Below, in pieces: positions 38,657 through 51,602 of a stretch of DNA of 64,000 nucleotides. The notes below the pieces were generated by a model. The model was given only the letters and a program-made list of their open reading frames with translations, made no database searches and had not been told where the DNA came from. The stretch lies in the NCBI GenBank assembly GCA_964016885.1, contig OZ024740.1, positions 169,136,001 through 169,200,000 on the forward strand. Direction: 5' to 3'. Position 1 is the stretch's first letter; the number at the start of each line of letters is the position of its first letter. The translations under genes were made by a program, and so were the position numbers. This DNA comes from Eledone cirrhosa. Taxonomy: Eukaryota.

Positions 38657-40269
38657 GTGAGTTGTCTTTTACTTAATAGATTTAACTGAAAAATGATATT
38701 TTTCAAACTGTTTTGTCGATATATATTTCTAATTTAAAATTTATTTGGTAAAACTGGACTTATTTTCAAATCTACTGTTTCGGGGTATTTCCCTTATTCT
38801 AAACCATTACACTGTACCTAATTTTTGTATTAACATTAACCCTGATTCAAAAACAAATATTTACTCATTGTTATACAATATATTCTACTTCTTACTCTGT
38901 GAAGTTTACTTACTAGACATTATTTGTATTATTTTCATTTTCCAAGCTGGATGTTAGTGTCAGTGGAAAGCTGATTCACTTGTTAGGGAAATTGGATACA
39001 TATCATTTATTAATACTTTATGAAAATTGCCATGAAGACTCACTTCAAGAAGAGTCACAATTCCTTTGCTGCTTCCTCGAAGTCTATAAAGATCTTATAA
39101 GGATCCTATAAGGATCTTTCAGCACGAAAACTAAATTTCCTGTTGGCAATAGAAAATGTATCTATAAGTTGAACCTTTGCATCGAGGCACTTCTGTTATT
39201 CACTATTTTTCTAGAATTTTACAGTTAAGAAGAAAAAAATTCAAATTGCCACATCAAGTCACGGAATCTCACATTTAAAAGTTCCATCGATTTGAATTGA
39301 AAAGAATTGATTTTCGCAATAAAAATGAGTTCATTTTCGAGCTTGAATTTAAAATGGTTTCTATCTTAATAATAATCGATTTATTTTGCAGTTATTAAAA
39401 CAAATAACAGTCATGACAAAAAGTATACACTCTATCGATTCTTTTATTAGCAGTGATATAATGTTACTAATATTAATCAATGAAAGTTAAAATTGCACTG
39501 AATTCAACAGTACCAATCAAGTACTGGGATCGATTTAATCGGCTTTCCTCTCTCCCCACAAATCCTGTCATTGTATCTAAATTAAATACAATGTATGTAT
39601 ACCTATACATAAAAGTCAATTAGAAATAGTATAGTAAATCCTTAAATCTAATCTTAGACCCGACAAACCTAACCTATGCCTAACATATTTTCTTGCATAA
39701 AACAAAAAAATAGGAAACCGGCTGAATGTTTTTATCAATTAAACATGAAAAAATATGAACTTATTTCCATATTTTCTTCGCCAAAGAGTAACAAATATTT
39801 GAAGCTACAATTGTTTAGTTTGTTAACTCATGTATTATGATTCCAGTGCTTATTTCCTTGATACTCGACAAATACAGAGTTAAAGTCGAACAATAACAGT
39901 GTTGCTGAACAACCATTTGAATATAGTTCACGATTCTTTCCCGTATATAAAGTTTGCTTCCTATAATCTTTCTGCTTTAATCTATTTGATTACATCTGCT
40001 TCTACAATACAAAATTATATATTTTAAAGTGTTTATATTTATCTAAAAACCTATCATAATTGTTGGAAAGAACCTTTATATTTCAAGTACAAGATTATTG
40101 AGAAAATTAGCTATTTTACTAAATCCTTCCTAATTCTTAATTATTTTCATTAAAAATACTATAACGAAAAGATTACTTTTTGGGTGCATGGTTTACTTAG
40201 ATCTCTACATTATAGATTTAGAATGATTCCTCGCATTTTGAAAGCCATAAGCACACATTCATTACATTG

Positions 40270-40485
40270 TATTATATGTATATGTATAAGGGCAGTGGAT
40301 TGGCAGTATCGGTTGAGGGTCGGACGCCATGCTTTGCAGCATAGAGTTACGGCCCTTTATGATCTGAGTTCAAATCCTGCCGAGGTTAACTTTGCCATTC
40401 ATCCTTACGGAGTCGATAAAATAAATAAAGTACCAGTAATGTACTGGGTAATTACTGGCCTTGTGCCAAAAGTAGAAACAATTAT
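40270..40485 (+). mobile_element. SINE, major family copy
   Basis: Same A/B boxes, core and tail. Confidence 0.85.
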
Positions 40486-40644
40486 ATGTATATGTCTGTC
40501 ATAGTCTTTCGACAATTATCTGGTTGCTGTCTTTGGATTAATCTTCTCGCTGTAAACGAATTGATGGACAACTACAATAGTTTATAAAATATAGATCTAA
40601 GCATATATCTGAAGTTTCTTTTTTCTTTTCTAAATATTATTTAG

Positions 40645-40809
40645 GTAATGGGAATAGATCCTGAAGAGATGTCACTTGTACTAAATGATCTTCCCGAAAG
40701 CAAAGATTACGTACAGATTGTGAAAATTCCTGAAACACTCGTTAAGTCTATGGTTCTTTTTACAAAGTACAGGTGTCAGAAAAGAAGTGTGATCGGCTTG
40801 GAACTACAG
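40645..40809 (+). CDS. SEL1L3: SEL1L3-like gene, coding exon 2
   Basis: Pyrimidine tract + tttag| acceptor, CAG|gtgtgt donor, 165 nt open in phase 0-0: VMGIDPEEMSLVLNDLPESKDYVQIVKIPETLVKSMVLFTKYRCQKRSVIGLELQ; KDY..., Y.C....V.LE recalls the SEL1L3 N-terminus. Confidence 0.8.
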
Positions 40810-41089
40810 GTGTGTAAAATTTTATGATTAACAATACATTAATACTCTATTGATAATAAATTAATTAATAATCAATGTATTTTTACTTCGGATTGTCTGT
40901 TTTTATTTTTAGCATTATATGTTTAATGGGATCCGACGGAAAATAAACCATCTCTAGATTCCAATCACCAATCAAAGTGAATGGGATGTGAACGTCATTT
41001 AATCAGATGTAAATGTTATCCTTCATTTCTCTACAATAGGGTCCATAAAATAAAGTACAAATTATGCATTGCAAGGGTGTTTGTTATTC

Positions 41090-42360
41090 TCATTGATTAT
41101 ATCTCACACTGAAAATTTGAGTGCGAACTCTATATATACATAGCAGATTTGTTCGTTGATGTCTATTGACGTAACTGACAGCAGAACAAGAAAATATTCT
41201 GATATGTGCACCGGGAAGTTGTAGTGTTGTTGAGGAGGTCGTGAACAAGGAGGACATTATTGATAATTTCTGACCCTGCTGAATGCTGTTAAAAAGAGCT
41301 TGGCGTCTGTTGTCGGGAAGGCGCAGACTTGCGCGACCCCAGTCAGATCTATTCAAATCAGCCTTTACCTCATGCGATATTTTGTAAAGAAAGTGGGTAA
41401 CAGATAAGGGTTTGATAGGTTTCTGATCAATTTAGATCAATCGACAGCATTCGATAGGAGAGACCATCATTACTTGGTGGTTTTTCTCGGTGCAGCTGGT
41501 TTCACGCTCAGAGACTAGATTCTTCAAAGTACAGTAGAATTCCCTCAGTAGTCAGACTAAATGACCATCAATCGGAATAATTTCGGATCGCACGCTCGGT
41601 GAAACTCCATTGAAATGAACTTACGACCCAACAATTAGGCTACGCACTTCGGCGCCAACTGGATGAATCAACCGCGAAGAGTTGATCCACAACCACTTTA
41701 ATGATGGCGCAAACGACGCGGTGGACAACTGAAAACTTGGCTGCATACCGTGGAAAGCGACATCGAAATCCATATGAGCCCAAGTGTGTTCGGAACCCAC
41801 TGTTGGAATCGTGATTAGTTGGCCATCACCGATTCAATTGCCTCCGATCGTCGTGCGTTCGCGAGGGACACCGTGAATTCCTTCGATGGAGCCGGCTCTC
41901 CAGGTAGACGCCGACACAAGTACAAGTAAGTATGTACTTTCCATTGAATGGTTGAATACAACTGAAAGATTATGTGTAGACACTTCCTTTCTGTGGTTAG
42001 ACGCAACCGAAAGACTGCCTATAGACACTTCCTTTTCGGACAAGCCCTTATGATCCTTTTTCAAGTTCCACTTGAAGAAGAAGTTGAGGGTGGAGAGGGA
42101 GGTGCTGTCCTCCAGTTAATTTGTTAAAAGCAGGTGGGTGATAACTGAGAATAGCTCGAGTGAATATTCCTACTCTGAGTGTGCGTCGATCGGTCGGAGA
42201 ATGACAGTAGTTAGTGTAATCTTGGATTGATATTTACGTATTTGTGTGCCATTTACTCTTTTTCTTTCTTTCATTCAACCAATCTTCATGTAAATGACAT
42301 GTTTCATAGCCTGTTACTATAATGTTTTCTAATCCATTCTCCTTGTGACATCAAAAGAAA
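41090..42360 (+). mobile_element. Highly degenerate L1/Tx1-like remnant
   Basis: LINLDQSTAFDR-like RT motif at ~41425-41460; agggtggagagggaggtgctg (~42088) parallels the ORF2 end of the other Tx1 copies. Confidence 0.65.
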
Positions 42361-42424
42361 ATTAAACTCGATATGTAGTCCTCCAACCGTAAATGACTAT
42401 AAAAATAGTTAATTGCTATAAATA

Positions 42425-42642
42425 ATGGTTTCTGATATAGGCACAAGGCCAACAATTTTGCAGGGAGGGGAAAGTCGATTAAATCGATCCCAGTGAGTTA
42501 CTGGTACTTTATTAACCAACTTCGTAAGGATGAAAGGCAAAGCTAACCTCGGCGGGATTTGAATTCAGAATGTAATGAGCCGTAACTCAATGTCACAAAG
42601 CATGTTGTCCGACGCTCGACCGACACGGCTAATCCACCACCC
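42425..42642 (-). mobile_element. SINE, major family copy
   Basis: Reverse complement of the family sequence. Confidence 0.85.
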
Positions 42643-44751
42643 TTAATTGCTATAAATAATAGTTGAGAAAAAAGGGTAAAGTTTTCTTGGAAATGGAAAA
42701 AATGGACTGAGGCTCTGTTAACGGTTTTCGTCACTATTGTTATAGTCACTTGCGTTGGGAGGACTATATTTCAAAAATTTCAACTCCTCCCAATGCTTCT
42801 TAAGAAAACACTCAAAATTATCATAAAACTATCAGTAATTTGTTGTTGGACCTTCGTCGGTTCCAATGACGAATCTTCCAGTTGTTAGAACACTGGAACA
42901 GCTTACACGGGATATTAATGCGCAAGTGACTGAGCATTCCACAAACTCATGTGCCCTTAGCGTAGTTCTTAGGGAGATTCAGCATGAAACAGCATGTGAC
43001 AAGGTTTGCCATTGGGACAACAGCTACAACTCATTTTTGCCAATTGAGCAAAGTGAAATAGCATCTTGCCCAAGGAAAGAATCGAACAGTGACCTTACTA
43101 TCGTGAGCCGAATGCCCTAACCACTAAGGTATGCGTGTTCGCACACATACACATACATGCACACTATTATTCGTATATATATCCCTGAGTGAACTTTCTT
43201 TCTATGAGAAAGCAATACAAGTCTTCCTTAAAGTAACTCGAAATGGTGGTGGCATTACCATTTCTTTATGATTCTATGCTCATGAGAATCTCTTCATGGT
43301 CGTTTGATATGCTAAAAATTGCAACCAAATCATACTTTGTTGGTTTATAAAAAAGACACATTGCGTAATGCAGTCTGAGGTAGACTGTCTAAAAAAACAA
43401 AACAAAAACAAAAGACATGGAGACCATGGCTGGAGTACCTTTAATCATGTTTAATATCAACTAATTTATTGCCACCAACACCACTAATTTTTAAAATGCC
43501 TGTTTATAATTGAATTACCCACATCTGTTGCACACATAATTGGCGATCTATGTAGACATGTTTGTGCGGGGAATTAGAAAAAAAAAAAAAAAAAAAAAAG
43601 TAATTCGAGCGAGATAAATGAGTTCGTGGAGAAGACAAATAAATGAAGAGCAAAATGTGAACGGATAGTAGAAAGGGAGAGAAAGAGATTGGAGAAAAGA
43701 TATGGGAAGAATTAGAATAGAGCTGGGCGGGGGGTAAGAGGAAAAGAAACACTGAAACAAAGAAAAAGTAGGAAGAGGAGATAAATATTAAGAGAGAAGA
43801 ATTCAAAGGGAGAATGAGTGAAGGAGATTGTAAGGGAGGCAGAGAGTAAGACTGAAGGATGCAAATGATTACGAAGAGAATAAAATAATGGTTTCAGATT
43901 TAATCGAGATTTAATTCAGATTTAATTGAGATTAAATCGATCTCAGTTCGTTACTGTTACTTTATTTTATCGACCCCGTAAGTATAAAAGGCAAAGCTAA
44001 CCTCGGCGGGATTTGAACTCAACGTAAAGGACCGAAGCTCTATACTACACAGTATGTCCAGCGCCCTAGATGAACATATTCAAAGTATTGAGTTCATTTG
44101 GAATGGTTTAGAAGTTTGCTTCGCAATCATAAAGTCCCAAGTTCGAACCCACTGCTTGGCATTTTAGGCAAATATCATTTACTATCGCTTCTAGGCCTTG
44201 TGAGTAAAATTGGGTGGACGAAAACTGTTTGGAAGCCCATCGAATGGACCATATTTGTAATTCAGAAGGCCAGTCTAGTCATACTGTGTCACGCTGAATC
44301 TTTCTGAGAATTACATTAAAGGAACACGTGTCTGTGGAATGCTCAGTCACTTGAACGTTTATTTCACAAGCTGTTCCATTGAACCTACAACTGAAACACT
44401 CGTCGCCGAAACAGACGAAGATACATTTCCAGATAATGGTTAAATATCAAATAACGTATACAACGGAACAGCTGGTTTTGTACGCCAAAAATGCCCAGTG
44501 TATATTTTGTTATATATGACGGTAAAGTGTGATTTGGGTGAGATATGGCTGTTATCTCTATTAGGTTGATTTATGTAGTATAAGATTCTATTAACACTAT
44601 TCTGTAGATGAGTTTCAAGTAACAGTCTAGCACAATGGTCCCCCACTCCCCAAAATGAAAACATTCCTAAAACAGTGGTTCCAAAAATTATTTTGTTTAT
44701 ACAATGTTTTAAAAATCGTAGAACCCATGCATATATTTTCCGGTTCAATCC

Positions 44752-44930
44752 CTTCTTCTTCTTCTTGTGAGGGTCGTGGGGGCAGAGTCTTCAAAAACTC
44801 ATTCTAGCAGGTCCTGTCAGAAGAAACCGTCTCTAACTAATCCGGCTGGATCCCCAAGCGTGATCAGCCAAGCTCATGGATGTTTCCAACCATCTTCCTC
44901 GGGGTCTACCACTGGGTCTCTTGCCGGTTC
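44752..44930 (-). mobile_element. RTE-like LINE 3' fragment, third copy
   Basis: (ctt)n followed by gagggtcgtgggggcagagtc..agccaagctcatggatg. Confidence 0.65.
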
Positions 44931-46282
44931 AATCCCCAGCGCCCAAATTTTAATAAGAATGAAACAAATGAAGTAAATATTGTTTTAGAGCGAGAATTCC
45001 TTCAAGTAAACAGAAAAACAAATATTTATTAGATTTTAAGATTAATCTCGGGGAATCCTAGAGTATTTCCGGAGAACTCAAGGGCTTTTCACAACTCACT
45101 CTGGTAAACATCAAGACTAAATACTTTAACAATAATTTACTGATTTTTATTAAAATAGTTCCTAATATTGTGCTAGGTATAGAATAGATTTCAATTTCCT
45201 TGTCTTTAGAGTCAATAAATCCCTGTGATATCTGAGGCTTATCAATGATTATATTTGTTTTTCAATCAGGTTGAAGAAGGTGATTGTAATAGAAGAGCGT
45301 CGGACAAAATTTATTAGCTTGCTTAGTTTCACAAATCTACCTATGTCCGTTAAATAACTCCCTATATATTGATACGTGAAAATGAAATCGATTCCACCCC
45401 CAACGTTCAATACCTTGCTTTGTTCATTCATTATAAGTATCGATTTAATACCTTCTTTAAGAGCCTAGATCGACAGAACTGGCTATCCTGGAGTATTATG
45501 CTTTGAGTACGAATTCCATCTAGGTTGACTTACATTTAATTGAACGGGGATAAATAAAATAGATTACCAGCAATTCAATGTAAATATGCATTTTTTCATG
45601 TTGTCTCACACAAGTGTGCTACTGCCCTGATTTCAGAACCACTGCTCTAAAGCATTATACTTCATCATGAGACGCTGATAAGTTATACATGGAATAGCAC
45701 ATTGTTGTATCTGAAATAATTCTAATGCTAAGTAATGAAATAACATTTGTACCAAAATATGGAATTGTCGTTCGGAAATCTTAAATCCTTTTAGACCCCG
45801 AAAAAGAAAATTCTCGACTCGAGGTAACTCAGGTAGTGTTCGTGCGGGTGACTGGTTATTTCAGCGCCATAGCCTCATTATCCCTCGTGATAATGCCGTA
45901 AAGTATCTTAGCTTGCCTCAAAAACATTTAGGGGGCAACACTAGCGTTCCCTGCTGTTGTGTGTAATTGAGTGTGCATGTCTTCTCCCTTTTTTATTCAT
46001 TTTTTTAATGGATTTATTTCTTTTCTAAATCATCTATCTATGTAGCTATATATTGACTCTAAAACGAAATAATTTACTTTCAATACCTCCCACAATTGAC
46101 AAATATTCTGACCCACTCATGTATTGGTTCACATATTTTGAAATATATGTAAGTTAAACATTAGTTGTTACATTCGAATTCATTGTTTATATATTTTTTT
46201 TAATACAATCAGTTGATGATTTTTACACAATTGTTACCTGTTGTTGCTGTTCTTTGAAAATTGATATTCCCAAGTTATTCAG

Positions 46283-46661
46283 ATCAAAATAGAAGATGAA
46301 ATGCAAAAGACAATATTCAAATCCTTGTGGACATGTGAAGGCGGCTCCGAGTTGAAGACGCATAAGGATAGCATCATTGCACCAGATTCGATCGTCTACA
46401 AACCAAATTATTTCAACAAATATTCTGTACAAGCAAATATTGCTAAGATACGAGCATGGATGGTAGAAGAAGTAAAATGGCGTTCAGTTCTACATAAAGC
46501 TCTAATGTATGAGTTAGCAGAAGTCAAGGTGTCTTACTCCATTCCCGTCCAACCACCTTATTCTCGACCACCGAAGCCAGTTAGTGATTGCGTTCGTTGG
46601 CCCTATTTACTATGGTCTCGAATTTCAGAGAAGCGTATACCTAAGTGTCCTTATGAAGATG
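46283..46661 (+). CDS. SEL1L3: SEL1L3-like gene, coding exon 3
   Basis: ttcag| acceptor, G|gtgagt donor, phase 0 to 1; IVYKPNYF..IRAWM..PPYSRPPK..CVRW..RIPKCPYED matches my recollection of SEL1L3 (MVYRDDYF..VRAWI..PPFERPFK..CLEW..RIPQCPLE). Confidence 0.9.
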
Positions 46662-47051
46662 GTGAGTATTTATTTAGAACTTTTATACAAATGATCACAT
46701 GCATGAAATTATATATATATATAAGCAAATTATTTTTTTTTTAATGAAAAACAATAATGAGATGTCCTACACGAGTGAAAGTATAAGGGAAAAAAGATGA
46801 AATCGAAAATGCAACTGGAGTCTTTTTAAGAACATTTATTTGTTTCCTTTACCGGTTTCACAGTTCTTATGCTTTTCAAAAGTAGAACTGAGATAGAGAG
46901 TTTGTGGTTTTTCTCGCATCTCGGGATATATATAAATATAGGTTATGCAGTAATGTTGTAGATTTCTGGATGTGGTACATATACCTTGAGTCAGTCACCT
47001 GTGAAACGTGATAACTGGTCAATAGTTAATAAAACATTATATGAAACCATT

Positions 47052-47102
<51 letters not shown>

Positions 47103-47234
47103 AAAAGAGTCAAGACATTACCCACTCTACTATCCTAAGTTTCGAGTACTTTGGTGCGTTATAGTCTTACCACACCTTCTTTGTTATATATATATATATA
47201 TGTTGGAAGATTATGGATTTCTACACAAATCGTG

Positions 47235-49235
47235 TTATATAGGAAATTTGATAATAAAGATTTAAAAAATAGCTGCTAATGTGTTTTTATTTATTATATC
47301 TATACATGTTACAAAGAAAACATTTTTTACATTAAAAAGTATAGTATTTTTGTATTTGACTGGTTGCGTTTAAACAGCCTTTCAAATTTTTTTCTTATCT
47401 AATTTTATAAGTTTCTATTTGTAATGTTATTGTCCCTTATGTTTTTGTTAAAACAACTGTACGCAACTGGTTGTATCTTTGTCCCTTATTTCTAAGAAAA
47501 GAAAATTAAAATTATCGTTGCTGAAATCCCTAGTGGATTGAATGTTAGTGTTCATATTATTGATGAGCGTTTGAAATAGCTTTAGTTCGTCAAAACTTTC
47601 CCTCCACAGAATAAAACAGTTATCCAGGTATCTTTTCCAGTTTTCCTTTATATAACAACTGAATTCGCTCTAAAAATTTGTGAAGTTTGTTTGTAGATTT
47701 GTAATTCATGGTATCCCATAATTAAATTGGCGTCTGTTGGTGCAACCTTTGTCTCCGTGTCTATTCATGATTTTTGTTTGTGGACTTTTTCGTCGAACAT
47801 GAAGTAGTTGTTTTAAAATAAATGGAAGACCATCTATGATGAAATTTCTGTCTATCCGCTTTGGTAGCTCTCAGGAGAAAGAGTGCAGCAAGTATTAGAT
47901 AGCCTCGATTCCATAGTTATATGGAGTATTACTGTATATGTTTATAACATCCAATGTAACTATGTAAGTGTTTTGATTTACTTCATTTGGTAGATGGTTG
48001 AGTATATTTAGATTATCCCGTAAGAAGCTCCAAATGTGTTTGAGGAGAGGTTTCAATAAGATGTCTAAGAAGTTACTTAGGCGATATGTCTCACAAATTG
48101 AGCCTGCTATGATGGGTTTTAGTTTTAAGTCGGTTGGAGTGGGTATATTTTTACTCAATTGCTTTTTATCTTTTTGCACGTCTCATTGATAAGTTCAATG
48201 CCCTCTCATTCTACCAATGTTGCCAGTCAACATCAGAGGGAAAGCGTAATAGCAAAGAAAAGTTTTTACTCCCAGAATCTAATCGATAATAACATTCCAA
48301 AAGCAAGACAAATTAATAGCTAAGTATTTCGAGAGACAAAAATAATTAAGGTCACACTATATATTTCAACTTTTAACCCAAAGGACACTGAAATCTGCAT
48401 CCACAACTAAACCTATCTATCCTACTAAATAAAAATAAAAAAAATAAAAAAATTAAAAGCTTCTTACAAAAACAGGTAATTATAAAAAGTAAACGGCCGC
48501 CTAAGTCACTAAAAATGATATAAACAAATGCCAATCTGCAAACAGGAATTAAAGAGCCTGAAGTGTAACCGACATAACTGTGGCGTGGCCACGAATTCCA
48601 CTTCAAAGAAGGTCCCATTTTCAAAATTAAAAATGGCTTCTTGTGCAATTCAAACAATTTAATATATATTATAACACGTAAGGGTTGCCGTGATCACTAC
48701 ATTGGTCAAACAGACCTAACACTCCGACAAAGACTGACAGTTCATTGTCAACAAATTAGTGATCCATACGCATGCAAGACCCCTCTTAGCTAACATAAAG
48801 CGGAGGGTGAACGTTACCAAATTTCAATGTCTTCCCATTCTACTAATGTTGCCGGTCAATATCAGAGGAAAAGCGCATTTGCAAAGAAAATCTTTTTTTA
48901 TAAAAAAATTGAAGCCAAAGCTGAACTTATTGCGCATATATTTTTTTAATATCTGGTCACATCAGAGTTACGTCTCTTGTCAAGGATTGTGTTTTCGTCG
49001 ACATTATTGGCTAAGATACAACAAAAGCATAAGTGACATATTACTAAGGGAAACTTAGAAAATTAAACATGAAAAACTTTTGAAAAACGTTTTAAGCGAA
49101 ATCGGTCAAATACAAAAACTATTCTTTTTAATGTGAAAAGCTATTCGTTGTGTACTATACTCGTAGCATATATATATATATATAATAAATAAAAACACAT
49201 TAGGTGCTTTCTAAAAATATTTATTATTATTTTTC

Positions 49236-49240
<5 letters not shown>
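47235..49240. mobile_element. Rearranged, degenerate Penelope-like element (Neptune-like): RT on minus strand, GIY-YIG on plus strand
   Basis: Minus 47895-48179: LKLKPIIAGSICETYRLSNFLDILLKP..TLDVINIYSNTP, then RYLDNCF near 47620. Plus ~48560-48930: NLIYIIT.KGC.DHYIGQT..LRQRL.VH. Ends ~47235-47390 and ~49075-49240 are inverted copies; (TA)n flanks. Confidence 0.8.
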
Positions 49241-49270
<30 letters not shown>

Positions 49271-50123
49271 GTTTGACCCAGAATAGATCTACACTCTAAG
49301 TAATACAACTCTGGGTCAAACTAATTGTTCAAACAAATAAATATAAATCTGAGATTCTGTCTGCACGTAGGAGAAGCAGAGCAGACGAACGGGGGTTGGG
49401 TTTGAGGAGGTAACAACCTTTCATTAGCTGGTTGATGCTGTTCCAATTGGCCACTACATACACTTCATGCATATACAAGTCGCAATACCATTCCAATTAA
49501 TAATTGCTATACACTTTAGATAGACCAATTTAATATATGGTTTATGGTTTTCTTTTGCTTGAATAGTCTTTCTCTATTTCTTTCTCTCTCTTCCCTCTTT
49601 CTGTGTCTGCAAGAATCTTAGATTTTCTTTCTTTTTACATTTTCCTTCAATGATAATCATGAAATTATTATGGATGCAATCGTCAGCTGAGCACAACATA
49701 AGCCATGAATATATGCTTAAGTTGCATTCAAATACTGTCAGAAGTTGTGATGATTGACCATGAGAAAGATCCAGAGTAGAATTAATGCCAGTACAGCTAT
49801 TGAATTTTATTTTGTTACTGCTTTAACACAAGCATTTGTCATCTGCGGAAGGCAAGCGTTTAGTCGTGTGCAGAAGGCAGATTTTGAGGTATCACATGTT
49901 GCGTTGCTCGATTAGTAGGAAGGGCTGTCAACGCTTGGCAAGATGCCCATTGACAGGTGTTTAATATTGGTCTTTACTTAATCCAGGGTTGTAATTCCGC
50001 CTAAGTACAAAACTGAGGGCAAACTTAATAATACCAACAGCAACAACACACATTAAACATTACAACAAAATTACAACTATGTTACTTGCTAATGGTTATT
50101 TTTACACTAATTGACCATTTCAG

Positions 50124-50250
50124 AGACTGTGAAGATTTTGGATTACCCCATAGTATTGAATGGTTTGAACTATGGGGTATTTCATACTTTCAAACCGTAC
50201 AAGGATCCAAATCTTGAGAAAATACGATTAACAGAAATAAATGAACCTAG
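50124..50250 (+). CDS. SEL1L3: SEL1L3-like gene, coding exon 4
   Basis: tttcag| acceptor, AG|gtaact donor, phase 1 to 2; ETVKILDYPIVLNGLNYGVFHTFKPYKDPNLEKIRLTEINEPR. Confidence 0.85.
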
Positions 50251-50536
50251 GTAACTATAAACTTTAATGCTAGTATATCCGGAACTATACCATTGTTCAA
50301 TGTATCCCTTCCCCTTCAAGTTGATAGGGGTGTGATATCATAGAAATGTGGTTGCTGTTTCTATATGATCGCGTGACCAAGTAAAGATTTCATCCATTTA
50401 GCAATGTAAGCTTTTTATTTTAAAACATTTCCTGTCCTGAATCGTTATGTGCATTTTTCGCTTTGTTTTTCTGTTCAATGGATCGAAAAGACGCCGATAT
50501 GTACGGCAATCCAATAGCATGTATATATATATATAT

Positions 50537-51020
50537 ATAGTGAAAGAGTGAAGAATAACATGGTTGGCTGCACAAAAAGGGTTTATTTACAGTATTAACA
50601 ATTGTTTCATTGATCAAATGAGTCTAAAGGCCGCTGATCACTCGCAATTGCGTCACTCGACCTTAAATATTGTGTGTGTCTCTGATCAAATCATTGGAAT
50701 ACAGTATTCCGATGATTTGACACACTGTATTTAAGGTCGAGTGACACGATTTCTAGTGATTAGCGGCCTTTAGACTCATTTGATCAATGGAACAATTGTT
50801 AATACTGTAAATAAACCCTTTTTGTGCAGCCAACCATGTTATTCTTCACTCTTTCACTATTATTACTTCAAGAATCACTTGCATAGGAATTCTCGTAAAC
50901 TTGCCACCTAACTAAGGAAACTTCTTGTTGAGTCAAACAACGCCGTACGCTAAAACTACCCACAGTAAAGAGTACCCACATCCTCTAACTGTATTACCTT
51001 AAATGATAACTTGTTATCCT
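50537..51020. mobile_element. Penelope pseudo-LTR remnant related to the 10915-14375 element
   Basis: 50537-50860 is a palindrome of sequence similar to 14211-14375; 50915-51020 resembles 11040-11149 (cttgttgagtcaaacaa...gataacttgttatcc). Confidence 0.8.
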
Positions 51021-51072
51021 ATATATATATATATATGTGTTTCTTATTGGCAACATGACCCTCCCAAAGTAT

Positions 51073-51135
<63 letters not shown>

Positions 51136-51254
51136 CAGGGGCATAGAAATACCCAGGTTGGTGTCTGAGTGTGCGGTTCGTCCACTGCGAATGAGAGACC
51201 TCTGATTCTCGTTAGAATATACGAGAGGGAACATCTGATGTAAAACATGCGGCT

Positions 51255-51602
51255 CAATAGTAACTGATGATGTTGATCTATTCTTTTTTTCGAATTATAG
51301 CTATTGTTGCTCAGTTAGTGGACTTGGTCCAGTGCATGACCTCATTATAAAAAGCTTCATGCACAGACATCACCCGATATCATAGGATCTTTGAATGATG
51401 TAAGTGGCTGACCGTAGCCTAAAATGGTACCCAATGAAAATGAACGCATAATTTTGATATCGGGAGCGCTACACACCTCCCACCACTGTGAAAAACACTG
51501 TAAGTCACTTGTAGGTCTAAAAAGCCATATCTGTTCGCATCACCCACATGGCTCAAGCTGATGTTGTTTGATAGCCATACTTAACCACGAGGTGCTGCCA
51601 TT
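51255..51602 (+). mobile_element. RTE-like LINE 3' end with degenerate C2H2 finger
   Basis: HCEKHCKSLVGLKSHICSHH near 51480-51545, then a short 3' UTR and (TA)n. Confidence 0.55.

Noticed and set aside
40655-40750. Hammerhead-like pattern (tagatc CTGAAGA ... GAAAC actc GTT aagtcta)
   Set aside because: Lies wholly inside an in-frame SEL1L3 coding exon and stem II does not close; most likely chance.
45249-45431. 60-aa minus ORF with YQYIGSYL
   Set aside because: At most a very old LINE RT remnant; too little signal to call.
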